DNA of 64,000 nt, taken from IMG/VR virus record IMGVR_UViG_3300024308_000018, positions 1-64,000 of that record; one strand, written 5' to 3'. The stretch's first letter is position 1. Each line of letters opens with the position of its first letter. The notes under the pieces are model-generated. The model was not told the origin of the DNA, made no database searches, and was given only the letters and a program-made list of their open reading frames with translations. Made by a program: the position numbers and the translations under genes. Positions 27,871 through 38,600 of the stretch are shown piece after piece.

Positions 27871-29030
27871 TCAGCGTCGTCGCCGCCGAGGATGGATTCA
27901 GCGAACTGACGAGCCGCGCTACCGTTGAGGGTAGGCAGGATCAGCAGTGCGTCGTACAGGGAATCGAACTCGCCGACGTGACGGCCACCGGAGGCACGCA
28001 ACGCCAACGCAGTTTGCTTGTTACCCAGACCGTTGTAGAGGTTGGATTTGCCTTGGTCGTTGTACGCCAACTGGGCGAACTGGTTGGCGGCAGTGCGGCG
28101 TTGAGTTGCAGCGTTTTTGTAGGCCATGTCCAAATGCTCTTTGGTTGCCTGTGGGTTGCCGCTGGCCGCCAACAGACCAGAACGGTAGCCGTCGAGGTAC
28201 GAACGGATTTCGGTGACGGAACGGAAGAACCAGATGGTTCGGAATTCGGCACCTGTGTCTGGATCCGGAATGTTGGCGAACGCGGTTTCCGGAGTAGCGG
28301 CGGGCCGGATGTCCAGTACCTGCTGGAACAGGGTTTCCAGCGCAGCGGCATCGTACTGCGAACCGCGTACCACGAAACGCACGCTCTTCATCACGGTCTC
28401 TGCATCTTCCAGAGTGAGACCTTCGACGGCTTCACTGAGGCGGTGGATCACGAAGTGGCGAATGCTGTCCAGCGTGTCACCCAGACAGTGCTTATGCGAA
28501 TAGCGCGGTGCACTGGCGGCAGCATGAGCTTGCGGGGAGGCATTGGCCCACCACGCCTGAGTGGACTTGGATACGGTACGGCCGTAACGGCGGATCTGGG
28601 CGTCGACGTCGAAGTTCCAGCTGCGGACAACTACGCTCGGGGAAACAACGGAGTCACCGCAGAGATCCGAATCGTCGTTTGGGCCACGGGCGCGTTCACG
28701 GTGAGATTCCAGCGCGGACTCCGCAACGGCGTCGACCAGATCGGACGGCATGGCGCGGGAGGCGTCCATGTAGATGGCACCGAGGCTGGCGATTGCGGTG
28801 GAGGCCAGCACGTCCATACCTTCGATGTCCAGCAGGATCACGGGGGACGGCAGGATCTCGGAAGAGCTGCGACGAGTCGGCAACGCGTGCGCTTCGGCTA
28901 CGCTGTTCAACAGCGCTTCGCGCGTGCTGACTTCGGTCACGACTTCGGGCTCGGGTGCCTGATTGGCTTTCGGTGCACTCTTTTTCGCAGTGGGCTTCTG
29001 CCCATCGACGTTTACTTTCTTTGCAGTCAT
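27867..29030 (-). CDS. DEDD 3'-5' exonuclease (Rv2179c/ExoVIII-like)
   Basis: Motifs LLDIEG, IASLGA, ST.AWW, RG..YD...L, EIRS and H......L.DA. Start revised to 29030 (AAGGA RBS). Confidence 0.7.
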   Translation of the reverse strand: MTAKKVNVDGQKPTAKKSAPKANQAPEPEVVTEVSTREALLNSVAEAHALPTRRSSSEILPSPVILLDIEGMDVLASTAIASLGAIYMDASRAMPSDLVDAVAESALESHRERARGPNDDSDLCGDSVVSPSVVVRSWNFDVDAQIRRYGRTVSKSTQAWWANASPQAHAAASAPRYSHKHCLGDTLDSIRHFVIHRLSEAVEGLTLEDAETVMKSVRFVVRGSQYDAAALETLFQQVLDIRPAATPETAFANIPDPDTGAEFRTIWFFRSVTEIRSYLDGYRSGLLAASGNPQATKEHLDMAYKNAATQRRTAANQFAQLAYNDQGKSNLYNGLGNKQTALALRASGGRHVGEFDSLYDALLILPTLNGSAARQFAESILGGDDAE

Positions 29031-29113
29031 TTCTATTTCCTTGTTACATGATCCAAACCCATCTGGGTTCAATGAATTGGCCGAAGGCTGGCCCCGGCCA
29101 ATAGTAGGCAGAC

Positions 29114-29989
29114 CTAGAAGCGGTCGACGTCGTTACCAAGCACCGTAATGTGCGGACGGCGCTGTCGGGCAAACAACTCGACGGTCGGATACTTCTTGAG
29201 GTCATATAGACGGTTTACAGATTTGTAGAACGCTTCAGGCTTCTGACTGTGCTCACGCAACGCTTCGTAGATAACCTGCTTGACGTTGTTGTTGAAGCGC
29301 GGAATGCGCTTGCCGCGAACACCAATCAACACGAACTCGCTGTTGCTGCGGGTGTAGTGACCGCCGCCCATGAAGTCGATGTCGGTTTGCAGCTTGTTGC
29401 GCTTGACCCACACGAACGCGTTGGTCTTGTACTTGAAGCCCCACGCGCGCATTACGGCTTTCGCTTCATCCAGCAGCGGCCACGTTCCCCAGAGAAGAAG
29501 CACGGCATCTTTTGCCACAATGCTGTTCACATCGAGGTTCTTGATGTCGCGCAACTTCATGACCGGATACTTGAACTCGGCACCCCGCTCGCCAGCTGCC
29601 GCCTTGTCCTCGTACTCCCACGGAGGATCCGCGATTACGATGTTGAACTTCTTGCCTTTGCGAGCCAGCTTCTTGACTTGCTGGTGAATCGGCGACGCCT
29701 TCTCGTCGAAGGGCACGAACTTCTCGCGGCGAGTTTTCATCTGAGATGCGCAACCGTCAGCAATGATGTTCGCCACGGCGTGCAGCACCTTGCGCGGATT
29801 CGGCTCATTCTCCTGATAACGCAACTGGCGCAGAAGACGACGCATCGAGTCCTCTGTCCGGTTCGTTGGTTCGAGCAGCTGGTTGATGATCAAGGCCAAG
29901 TCGCATTCCGCATCAGTGGCAATGCCAATAACGCGGTTATCAACGTTCAGTGAGCCGAGCGTCCCATTCGTGTTACGCTCTATAATCAC
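29114..29989 (-). CDS. MT-A70 family N6-adenine methyltransferase
   Basis: Motifs IADPPW, LLLW, WGF.YKT..FVWVK, G.YTR.NSE, HSQKP and ELFAR. Confidence 0.92.
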   Translation of the reverse strand: MIIERNTNGTLGSLNVDNRVIGIATDAECDLALIINQLLEPTNRTEDSMRRLLRQLRYQENEPNPRKVLHAVANIIADGCASQMKTRREKFVPFDEKASPIHQQVKKLARKGKKFNIVIADPPWEYEDKAAAGERGAEFKYPVMKLRDIKNLDVNSIVAKDAVLLLWGTWPLLDEAKAVMRAWGFKYKTNAFVWVKRNKLQTDIDFMGGGHYTRSNSEFVLIGVRGKRIPRFNNNVKQVIYEALREHSQKPEAFYKSVNRLYDLKKYPTVELFARQRRPHITVLGNDVDRF

Positions 29990-30177
29990 TTGATCAGCCC
30001 CTTGATTTCCAAGGCCGCCAGCTCCTTGATTTCAGCCGGAGCGTCAATCTTCTTCAGAGCCTTGCGCAGCCAGCTGAGGTTGCCGCCACTTGCGTCAATC
30101 TTGCGGCGGAAGGATGGAAAGTCGTGGGTGTCAGCTTCCTTGGCAAGCCACGCATTGAGTTGATCCAACTTGCTCAT
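29986..30177 (-). CDS. Small hypothetical protein
   Basis: 63 aa, AAGGA RBS, stop overlaps the methyltransferase start. Confidence 0.7.
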   Translation of the reverse strand: MSKLDQLNAWLAKEADTHDFPSFRRKIDASGGNLSWLRKALKKIDAPAEIKELAALEIKGLIK

Positions 30178-30186
30178 AGAGGTTCC

Positions 30187-30846
30187 TTACATGAAGAGGT
30201 GGTACTGTTCAAGGTTGCCATCCTTGCGCAGGGCAGCCAGCATGGTTTGCGCCCACATGGATTGCAGAGGCACGTGATAGTGGTGAGCGAGCACCACACG
30301 CTGCAACATCTCGCCACTGCGATAATGGGTGTAGGCATCCGGCAGGTTAACGTCTCCGCTTACTTGCACGCCGCCCAGCACAGGCACGTACCAATCAGCT
30401 GGCTTGTCCGCGAGCATGAGGGCGTACAGGGCATAAGCTGGTTCTACGCAAGCACCGTGCGATGCGTACTTGAGCAGGTCGGCCGCGAACAACTCAAGCG
30501 CATCCGGTGCGAACGTCCGCAACGCAGAGCGTGACACATTGAAGTGCGGATTACGATCAACGACTTCCGCCAGCGTTGAGATAAGCTGACCGCTGAGAGG
30601 GCGCAACGCGTCGCACACCTTGGCGATGAAGTGGGTGCGGAACTCTTCGGTAGTGAAGGCACGCAGGAACAGTCCGTACTGCTGGGTACGGTCGGCGCGC
30701 ACGTACACGTCTTCCGGTTTGGAGAAGAGGCCCTTCTTACGCGGCGGGTTGAAAATCCGCATCTTGTGGTCAGGGCCGAAAGACAGCTGGCCGCGAACGA
30801 GGTTCGCTTCAACGCGCTGCCAGCAACGCAGCTTGAGATTGATCAT
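30187..30846 (-). CDS. Hypothetical protein
   Basis: 219 aa, ATGA-coupled to the upstream gene. Confidence 0.7.
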   Translation of the reverse strand: MINLKLRCWQRVEANLVRGQLSFGPDHKMRIFNPPRKKGLFSKPEDVYVRADRTQQYGLFLRAFTTEEFRTHFIAKVCDALRPLSGQLISTLAEVVDRNPHFNVSRSALRTFAPDALELFAADLLKYASHGACVEPAYALYALMLADKPADWYVPVLGGVQVSGDVNLPDAYTHYRSGEMLQRVVLAHHYHVPLQSMWAQTMLAALRKDGNLEQYHLFM

Positions 30847-31466
30847 AGTCCATCCAGTATTGAGACCACAACGGTCTTGCCTTTGAACATCAGCGGGTGA
30901 GTAACAGCGTAACGCAGCCGAGTTGCCGACAGCGTTACGGGGTCAATGGAAGAGCCGCACATTACAACGCGCGGGATACCTGAAAACAATTCGAGGACGT
31001 CGCGCAGTCGCTCCATCTTTTGCGGTGTTGTGTCGTCCGTTATGTTGGAGATGAACAACGCAGTCGGGTTACGCTTACGCAACGCCTCGTAGTCGAGATA
31101 CGAGTTGTAGAGCGTGATCCAGTGCGGACGCCGCTTGCGAATGTCAGGGTTCGGGTGGTTGCGGCCCTCTTCCCAGCAACGCTTCAGCAACTCCGCACCG
31201 AACAACTTGGCACGCACGTCAGTCGGGTAACTGCAAACCATCGCACAGTAGTTGGCGGCCAGCGGATTCTCCAACAACTTCAGCGCGCTCGCTTCCTGCA
31301 TCTCTTGCGACACCGTTGCACGTTGCACGCCGTTGATTGCAGGCTGGAACTCGAAGAAAGAGCCTTCAAGTTCGAAGGCATCCTTTTCGTGATACAGGGT
31401 GCGCGGGTCGGTGCCGAGCTGGTGCAGTACGCTCGCGTAACCGTCAAACTTACCATCGAGGAACAT
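30843..31466 (-). CDS. Hypothetical replication protein (possible degenerate DnaC/helicase-loader-like fold)
   Basis: Coupled to the helicase. Alpha/beta pattern resembles a P-loop fold but no intact Walker A is present. Confidence 0.4.
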   Translation of the reverse strand: MFLDGKFDGYASVLHQLGTDPRTLYHEKDAFELEGSFFEFQPAINGVQRATVSQEMQEASALKLLENPLAANYCAMVCSYPTDVRAKLFGAELLKRCWEEGRNHPNPDIRKRRPHWITLYNSYLDYEALRKRNPTALFISNITDDTTPQKMERLRDVLELFSGIPRVVMCGSSIDPVTLSATRLRYAVTHPLMFKGKTVVVSILDGL

Positions 31467-33103
31467 CAGAAACTCCTAGACAAAATACTGTTCGCTTGTA
31501 CCTTGTTTACAGATCCTGCGCGCGGCACGTCGTAGATTGCCGAACCGTACTCGTTTTGCAGGTAGGCCCGCGACTTCTCGCTCAACTGGTGGTTGAACTT
31601 CATCGACGCCTGCAACGTTACCTTGAAGCAGCCCACGCTACGTTGCATGTACTTGTCGAGGAACATGCGAATGCGCGGTGTCGGCTTGTCTGGCATTGGC
31701 GTCAGGATCCGATACGACTCCTGCTCCCAGTTTGGCTCGTTCGACATCGGCATGATGTAGTAGAGGGTGTCCCAGCATGGAATGTTGATCCCCAGCTGAA
31801 TCAGACTACGGATACCGATAACGACTTTGATTTTGCCGCTACGTGCATCGTCCACAACCTGCTTCCGCTTCTTGGCTTCCTTGCTGCCGCCCATGAACAA
31901 CGCAACGACGGACGTGTCGTAACCGAGAGCGAAGTCAATCTCGCGCTTCAGCTTGTCGGCATGCTCCTTATACATGATCGGGATACACACCGAGCGTCCG
32001 GCCTTCACGTCCTTCACCGCCATCTCCACAATCTGCATGTTACGGTCTTCATGACGCGCAAGGAACTGGCAGAACTTCGTCCATCCGGCTTGGCCGTTGA
32101 ACTGGGCTTTGGTGCGCACAGTGTCGGGCGTTGGGTGCACAACGATGGTGGGGCACATGGCTTCCGCGCGGGTCGTCGCAATGACGGGCCCGATCAGGTT
32201 GTACGCCAGCACCTCGCGCTTGTTCTTCTTCTTCGGTGTTGCCGAGAGCCCGAACCGTGAGCGCGCTTTCATCTTACCCAGCACCTTGCTGAACTCGGGA
32301 GCACAAGTCCGATGCACTTCGTCGACTGCCAGTGTCCCGTAGTTCATGCGCAACAGCTTCAGGCGCTTGCGGGACATCTCGCTATCTTTGATCAGCTGCT
32401 GGTAGGTGACGAGGATAACTTGGAACGTCTCGTAATCCTTCAGCGTTTTCGGGAACCCGATCAGCTTGGTGCCTGCTTGCTCTTCCAACTCCTTCATGTT
32501 GGTCAGGGCTTCGAACGTTTCGAGGAAGCCGTCGAGAAAGTCCTTCTGATCCGCCATGATGATCGCGCGCTGCTTCATCCGACAGATTGCGGCTACCGCC
32601 ATGACGGTCTTGCCCGTCCGTGGTTTGGATTTCAGGATGCCCATCTTCTTCTTGCAGATGATGCGTACCGGATCCTCTTGGTAGTCAAACAGGTTGCCCG
32701 TGAACTTGAGCGGATAGGTAAACTGGCGCTTCGTGGTCTTGTCCACAAGTTCGAAGTCGTCGAAGTCAATGCCGAGCTTGTACTCAACGTTGTCGATGTC
32801 CCCGAGCGGCGTGGTGTAATACTCATTGCCGCTAACCATCCGGTGGCCCGCCATGCAGAACGTCTGCTTCAGGCCACCCCACTCGCACGCGTAGCAGTCC
32901 TCGCAGGGACGAACGTTGCGCATATCACAGCCACGACAGATGTTGTCGTCGAATTCGCAGTGAGTGTACGCTTTCTTCAGTCGGTCTTCGTCCACGAACC
33001 TGACTGGGATGTAGATCTTGTCGCTCAAGTAGATCTTGGGCATGCGTGGTTTGCGCGTGCTTGCTTTCTTCTTGGGCGCGGGCTTCTTGGATTTCTTTTC
33101 CAC
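31466..33103 (-). CDS. Superfamily 2 DNA helicase (UvsW/XPB-like) with an N-terminal Cys cluster
   Basis: Motifs PRTGKT, DEVH, GLSATP, GINIP and Q...R; CxxC...CxxC..C near the N-terminus. Confidence 0.9.
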   Translation of the reverse strand: MEKKSKKPAPKKKASTRKPRMPKIYLSDKIYIPVRFVDEDRLKKAYTHCEFDDNICRGCDMRNVRPCEDCYACEWGGLKQTFCMAGHRMVSGNEYYTTPLGDIDNVEYKLGIDFDDFELVDKTTKRQFTYPLKFTGNLFDYQEDPVRIICKKKMGILKSKPRTGKTVMAVAAICRMKQRAIIMADQKDFLDGFLETFEALTNMKELEEQAGTKLIGFPKTLKDYETFQVILVTYQQLIKDSEMSRKRLKLLRMNYGTLAVDEVHRTCAPEFSKVLGKMKARSRFGLSATPKKKNKREVLAYNLIGPVIATTRAEAMCPTIVVHPTPDTVRTKAQFNGQAGWTKFCQFLARHEDRNMQIVEMAVKDVKAGRSVCIPIMYKEHADKLKREIDFALGYDTSVVALFMGGSKEAKKRKQVVDDARSGKIKVVIGIRSLIQLGINIPCWDTLYYIMPMSNEPNWEQESYRILTPMPDKPTPRIRMFLDKYMQRSVGCFKVTLQASMKFNHQLSEKSRAYLQNEYGSAIYDVPRAGSVNKVQANSILSRSF

Positions 33104-33112
33104 AGCTTACCC

Positions 33113-33661
33113 TTACAAATCGACTCGACCTTCCGCTTTGAATATCGCACCGAACACGTCGGCCATCGCGCGTATCCCATAACCAGCTTGGTCGATGTCT
33201 TTGATGTAGTAGTTGAGTTCTTGCAGGAAGTTCTCGGTGTCGTCCATCAGCCGTATGTAGCTGCGCATCGTGTTCGCGATTAACGACTCCCGCTCCTTTG
33301 CCGTTTTACAAACTTGCGACACCTCGTAGCTGTACTCAACGGTCAGCCAGTCAGTCAGCGCCTCGATGTGCTGCTTGAGCTTGCGGTGCACAGTGTTGGT
33401 CTGCACCAACATTTCGGTGAATCGTCCACGGGCAGCAGTTTCCATAGCCTGCGCCTTCACCAGCTTGCGTGCAAAGTTAGGTGACGAGCCACTGAGTTTC
33501 TTTACCGTGCGGGCCCCGAAGAGGAGGCGGGCTTCTTGCCGCCATTCATCTATGGGTAGGCGCAGCGCGTTATCGGCCGCAACGAGGTCGCGGAATTTCA
33601 CAAAGCGCTTATCACTTCGGAGTAAGCGCTTCGCAATATCCAGAGGGTCTGTCGATGCCAT
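33113..33661 (-). CDS. Helical hypothetical protein (possibly UvsY-like)
   Basis: Start revised to 33661 (TAATG overlap); coiled-coil pattern; next to the helicase. Confidence 0.5.
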   Translation of the reverse strand: MASTDPLDIAKRLLRSDKRFVKFRDLVAADNALRLPIDEWRQEARLLFGARTVKKLSGSSPNFARKLVKAQAMETAARGRFTEMLVQTNTVHRKLKQHIEALTDWLTVEYSYEVSQVCKTAKERESLIANTMRSYIRLMDDTENFLQELNYYIKDIDQAGYGIRAMADVFGAIFKAEGRVDL

Positions 33662-34098
33662 TAGAGTTTGTCCCTTATCACCAGCGGGCTGGACGGGTAC
33701 GCCGCTGCTTCGGACAGCGCCATGCACGAACCATTCCCGTCACTGAACATGTAGAGCCCGCCGCAGGCACTGCCCGTAATGCAGCGCATGTCATGGTGGG
33801 CACCATCAATTAAAACTCGGCTGACGGTCAGCGCACTGTACTCACAAAACTTGGCGCGCACATACAGGATGGAGCCGACCACAATGTTGTCGACGTCAAT
33901 CACGTAGTGCTGACGGAATTCAGGATCGTTGTTGACGTCAATGGAGCTGTCGACTGTGAGTCGGCTGCTGTTCACTGGAATGCGCATTAGAATCAAAAAC
34001 GTGTGGCAGCCCTTGTTCGTATCCAGCAGGATGAACGAACCGGGATGGAGCGATGCCAATTGCTCGGCACTGAGTTTGAGGTAGTTGTTCTTCGTCAT
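33661..34098 (-). CDS. Hypothetical protein
   Basis: Start revised to 34098 (TGATG overlap). Confidence 0.6.
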   Translation of the reverse strand: MTKNNYLKLSAEQLASLHPGSFILLDTNKGCHTFLILMRIPVNSSRLTVDSSIDVNNDPEFRQHYVIDVDNIVVGSILYVRAKFCEYSALTVSRVLIDGAHHDMRCITGSACGGLYMFSDGNGSCMALSEAAAYPSSPLVIRDKL

Positions 34099-35291
34099 CA
34101 GTTGGTGCAGTGCATGAGGTACTTGATACGGAACTCTTTCATGTCGTAGTCCAACATGAACGCTTTGTACTTGCCGACTGGGCCGAACACCCGCATCAGG
34201 TGATCGCACTCACCGCCCTTGATTCCATTACCCAATGCCTTGAGCAGAAGTTGGAACAGGCGGATGTCAGCATTGAACGTGAACGTATCCTTGGTTGCGA
34301 ACTTGATCTTCTCAACCAGAGACTGGCCGTCGGTGCTGAACTTCAACAGAGCTTGGCCGGACTTCGCACTGAAGTTGAACTTCACGCTCTGGCCCTTCAG
34401 TGCCTTGTTCGCACTGACCAGCGCAGCTAACGTATTCACCGCCAACACCATATCGTGATGTCCGTTACCCGTGGCAGTTGCGGAGCCCAGCGTATCCAAC
34501 GCGATGTCGAACTTCTGGAAGTCTTCTTTCGAGCTACGTACCGGAGGCAGCAGCACCAAGAAGTTGTCGGCACTTGCAACGAAGTTCGCACCGTTGACAT
34601 AGAACTGGGTGTCGGCATCGCCCACGACTTTGTAGAGCAGCTTCAGCATGTCGGAGCCCAAGCTGATCTTGGTGTCAGGCACGCGCTCTTTGAACTCGGC
34701 CTCGTACAGCGCACTGATAAAGTTGCTGCTGGTGACGACCGTCAGCTGGCCGGACTTCAACGTGATGTGCGAGTTAACACTGGCGTCGGTGTAGAGGTCG
34801 GGGATGTACGACATATCGACCGCACGCTTCAGCTCGCTAACCACGTTCGGCGGCAGGATGTCCGCGTTGTTCTTCACTTCGATATTACGGATCGTCATGT
34901 CCAGCGACATCAGCTGGTCTTGCGAAACGTGACGCACGCTGATCTTGAGCTTGCTGTTGCGGGACTTGGCCAACATCTCGCCGCGCGTGAACTCGAACTT
35001 GATCAGGTCTTTGCGGACAACCGGAGACAGCTGAGAGAAGTCCAGCAGTGCGGCACCAACGCCTTCAATGCCGGAAGCCGACAGCTCATTGATGATGAAG
35101 GTGTCGATGGTGCGTCCGATCAGATAGACCTTGCTGCCAGTGCACACCACCATGTTGAGGTCTTCGATCATCTTGTCAGCTTCACTGAACTTGATTACCT
35201 CGTCGCACAGTTTGAGGCTCTTGCCGAAGAGGTTGCCATCGAGAGTAAAGCTGAAGTCTTCAATGGTCTTTGGAATCTGCGGTAACTGCAT
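34098..35291 (-). CDS. Putative DNA sliding clamp (beta-clamp-like)
   Basis: About 397 aa with a three-fold repeating alpha/beta pattern and a C-terminal Y.LM strand, downstream of the DNA polymerase. Start revised to ATG 35291 (AAGGA RBS). Confidence 0.5.
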   Translation of the reverse strand: MQLPQIPKTIEDFSFTLDGNLFGKSLKLCDEVIKFSEADKMIEDLNMVVCTGSKVYLIGRTIDTFIINELSASGIEGVGAALLDFSQLSPVVRKDLIKFEFTRGEMLAKSRNSKLKISVRHVSQDQLMSLDMTIRNIEVKNNADILPPNVVSELKRAVDMSYIPDLYTDASVNSHITLKSGQLTVVTSSNFISALYEAEFKERVPDTKISLGSDMLKLLYKVVGDADTQFYVNGANFVASADNFLVLLPPVRSSKEDFQKFDIALDTLGSATATGNGHHDMVLAVNTLAALVSANKALKGQSVKFNFSAKSGQALLKFSTDGQSLVEKIKFATKDTFTFNADIRLFQLLLKALGNGIKGGECDHLMRVFGPVGKYKAFMLDYDMKEFRIKYLMHCTN

Positions 35292-35565
35292 CAGCCGGAT
35301 CCTTGTAGTTTTGTGGGTCGCATTTCTCTGGGACAAACACTGTCCGCCCTTGAATAACCTTTACAGCAATGCGCATTCCGGTTGGCCCGTAAATGCCATT
35401 GAGGAAACCAATGACGTTGAAGCGCAGTGCCTCGGCCCCGAGCTGGGTGTACTCGACAGCAAAGTGCGGAGTACGCGCGTCCCATGACGTATTGGTCATC
35501 GCAGCGAGTGACAGGTAATCAACCTCGCCAAGTTCATTCAGAAGATTGCACGCTTGTTCGATCAT
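35260..35565 (-). CDS. Hypothetical protein
   Basis: 101 aa with a strong GGAGG RBS. Confidence 0.65.
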   Translation of the reverse strand: MIEQACNLLNELGEVDYLSLAAMTNTSWDARTPHFAVEYTQLGAEALRFNVIGFLNGIYGPTGMRIAVKVIQGRTVFVPEKCDPQNYKDPADAVTADSKDH

Positions 35566-35583
35566 GATTTGATCCTCCTACGG

Positions 35584-35606
35584 CAAAAGGGAGCCGAAGC
35601 TCCCTT
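35584..35606 (-). terminator. Rho-independent terminator
   Basis: aagggagc-TTCG-gctccctttt after the polymerase stop. Confidence 0.85.
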
Positions 35607-35608
35607 GT

Positions 35609-38600
35609 TTATGCCGCCTTTCTCTTGAGACGACGTTTCTTTTTCGGCTCGGCCTCTTTGGCCCCACCGTTCTTAGCGCGCTCTTCATCCTCGATGATTT
35701 TCTGCAACAGCGGCTCGTTGGTTTCAATCTCCTGACGCCACTTCTTAGCACGGCGGCGGGTGACTTCATCCAACGGGTTCTCCTTGCACATAGAACGAAT
35801 CTTGATGCCGTTGGCCCACAGCTGTTGCTGCATCCACTCAGGCATAAGGTCGTACTGGTCTTCCATCATGGAGTCCAAAATGCGGTCGAACGTTTTGGGG
35901 TCGGCCAGTTGCTTATCGCCCAGTTCGTCACGCTTGAATTCCAACGACGCCTTGAAGATGTCGCGAATTGCAGCGTAGCTGAAGTCCCAGCTCTTGACCG
36001 TTGCTTCTGAACCACCGATCTCGAAGTCGATCTCTGGAATCGACGTGAACTTCATGCCATGGCGACGTTCCATTTCTTTCGCGACGTCCTTGGTCATACA
36101 CTCTTCGATGATCTTGATGGCGAACCACACCCAGTCGTAGGCAGCCTCTACCGACAGCGAGTCGTGCACTGAGATACTGAAACGGATGTCAGGCCACACG
36201 CCATGTTCCTTCCAGTGGTCAAAGCAACGACGCTCCATCATGCGAATAGCGGTCATCATCAAGTCAGAGCCGAAGCCCTGTACCGGACTGTTCACCGACT
36301 GGCGCTCACTTCGGCTGATGGTGCTGCGTGCTCCCTGTAGAGTTTCGTCCAACAGGAATGCAAACAGGTTACGACGCCGACCAAGTGGGGACTCCACGTA
36401 GTAGTTCTTCCGCGCGAAGTTCTTGATCTTGTCGAACCACTTCAGGCCGATTGGGAAGCGGTTAAGGAACCGCGCCTTGATGTCCACGATCTCTTCGACC
36501 GGACGTTTCGTTGAGTTCGCGAGACCTTCATCGCCCTGCTGATAGATCAGGCCGAAGATTACAGTCTTAACCGCGTTACGAATGTCCTTCACTACTTCGT
36601 AGATTGGAATCCCGAAGAAGTAGGCCGCGTTGATCTTGTGAACGTCACCTTCGTACTCAAGCCGCTTTGCAATGTACGGGTCAGGAACCAGACGGTACTG
36701 ACGTCGCAACTTTGCACCCTGCTCGAATACGTCAGCCACACCTTGGTCGCCCGAGATGATTGACCAACCTCGCACTTCGTGAGCTGAGTAGTCGACCTTG
36801 ATAACCAAGTAGCCCATCGTGGAAATCAGCAGGCGCTTGATGTACTTCGCCATTGGCCCACGGCTAGGAACCTGCTGCAAGTTTGGATCATTAGCGGACG
36901 TCCGGCCCGTTACGATCCTGTCGTAGTTGTACGTCGCACGCAATCGCTTGGTCGTGTTGAAGTCGATGTCCTCACCGAACTTCTTGATCAGGCTCTTTAC
37001 GTATGCGTTACGCAACTTCAGCAGCTTGGTCATCGAGGTATACATGGCAACCACTGGGTTGTCCTTGTATTTCTCTTGGAACGCCTTGTCGATCTTGGCT
37101 TCCGGTTTTCCGTTGTCGCGTATCTTGGTTTCCGATACCACGACAGGCTCCAACTTCATGACGTCGAAGAACAGAGTTTGCAGGTGCTCACGCGACGACA
37201 GCTTGAACATGCGATCCTTGATCTTGCCGAACAGTCCGACCTCTGGGACATTGGCGCGCTTCTTCAAGCGGGAGTCGGCACGGGCAACCTCGTCGGTGTC
37301 CTTGAACTTCTGCACGGTTTCCCGCAGCAACGAGTTGATTGGCGAGTCCGGCATCGAGAGACGGAACAGGTAGTCAACGTCAGTCGCGGCTCCCGTGTAC
37401 TCCAACGTCGAGAACGTGTGAATCTGATCGCTGATCTGCTCGCCCACAATCGACTGATACTTCTCGTACCCCATCGACGCGGCCTTCTTCATCTGCTGGA
37501 AGGCAATGCGCCAAGGGATGATGGTATCAAGCGCCGCATATTCGCACACGTCTTCGTCGAGCGGGACGTCCTTGATCAGCGCTCGGTTCTGCTTGCCGAA
37601 GTTCGCTTCAAGGTACGCGGTGCAGCCGTACTGCATCGACAGGTTCGCCAAGCTGTAGTACCAATGCCCGGTAACCTGCGACAGGACTTTCATGTTTTCA
37701 TCCATCGCGAAGTCGCCCGCGATGATGTCCCACACGTTGTTGATGAAGCTGCGAACCTTGATGCAGTTACGCAGGATGTTCAAGTCGAACTTCGCGTTGG
37801 TGTAGATATGCAGGCGGTTACGGTTGTCGTACTCGAAGTAAGCCTGCAACGTCTGCCGGATCTCTTCCAGCTGCTTACTGGTGAACGGCGAGTCGTTGTG
37901 CATGAAGGGAAGCACGTAGCTGGTTTCACCGTCGGCACTGAATTGCAGCGTCAACATATTCACGTTGATGCGGTGCAGGCCGTCGGTTTCCGTATCTATT
38001 GCGACGTACTTGGCGCGACGAAGCACCTTCATCATCAGGTGGAACTTCTTCATCGTGTCAACGACGATCATGTTCCAGTTGCGCTTCTCCCCGGTCTTGA
38101 CGGGCTTGATCTTGAACGGCATCTTGCCTTCGTTGAAGATGGGCAGGAAGTTGCGCGCGTAGTACCCCAGCAGGTAAGCCGAACTCGTAATCGACTTGCT
38201 GTTGAGCAGGCTGTTGATCGAGAGGTTCGGAATCAGGCGAACCTTACGGCCCTCGGGAGTTGTCATCGGCAGACTGTTACCCAGCCAGCCGTTGGGCTTG
38301 TCGGGAGCGCGGTCGAAATATTTGCGCCCCAGATGTTGGAACGGAGCCCGACCACACGTTACCACGTAGTCAGCGCCGTACTCGTCGATGATACCTAGCA
38401 CGCGCTCGGCAAAGTAAGAGTCGCTTTCCTGTCGGCGCTCTTCCGACATCGTGTAGGTCTTCCAGCAGTTCCAGTTCACAAACAAGAGGTCGAGGTCTTC
38501 CATCTTGTGCGTGTTGGTCTTGAACGCTGTTGCCGCGTAGTGCATTACGCGGTTGATCGTGCCGCCCGTGCCGCCGCTCAGCAGCTTGCCGGACTTCAGG

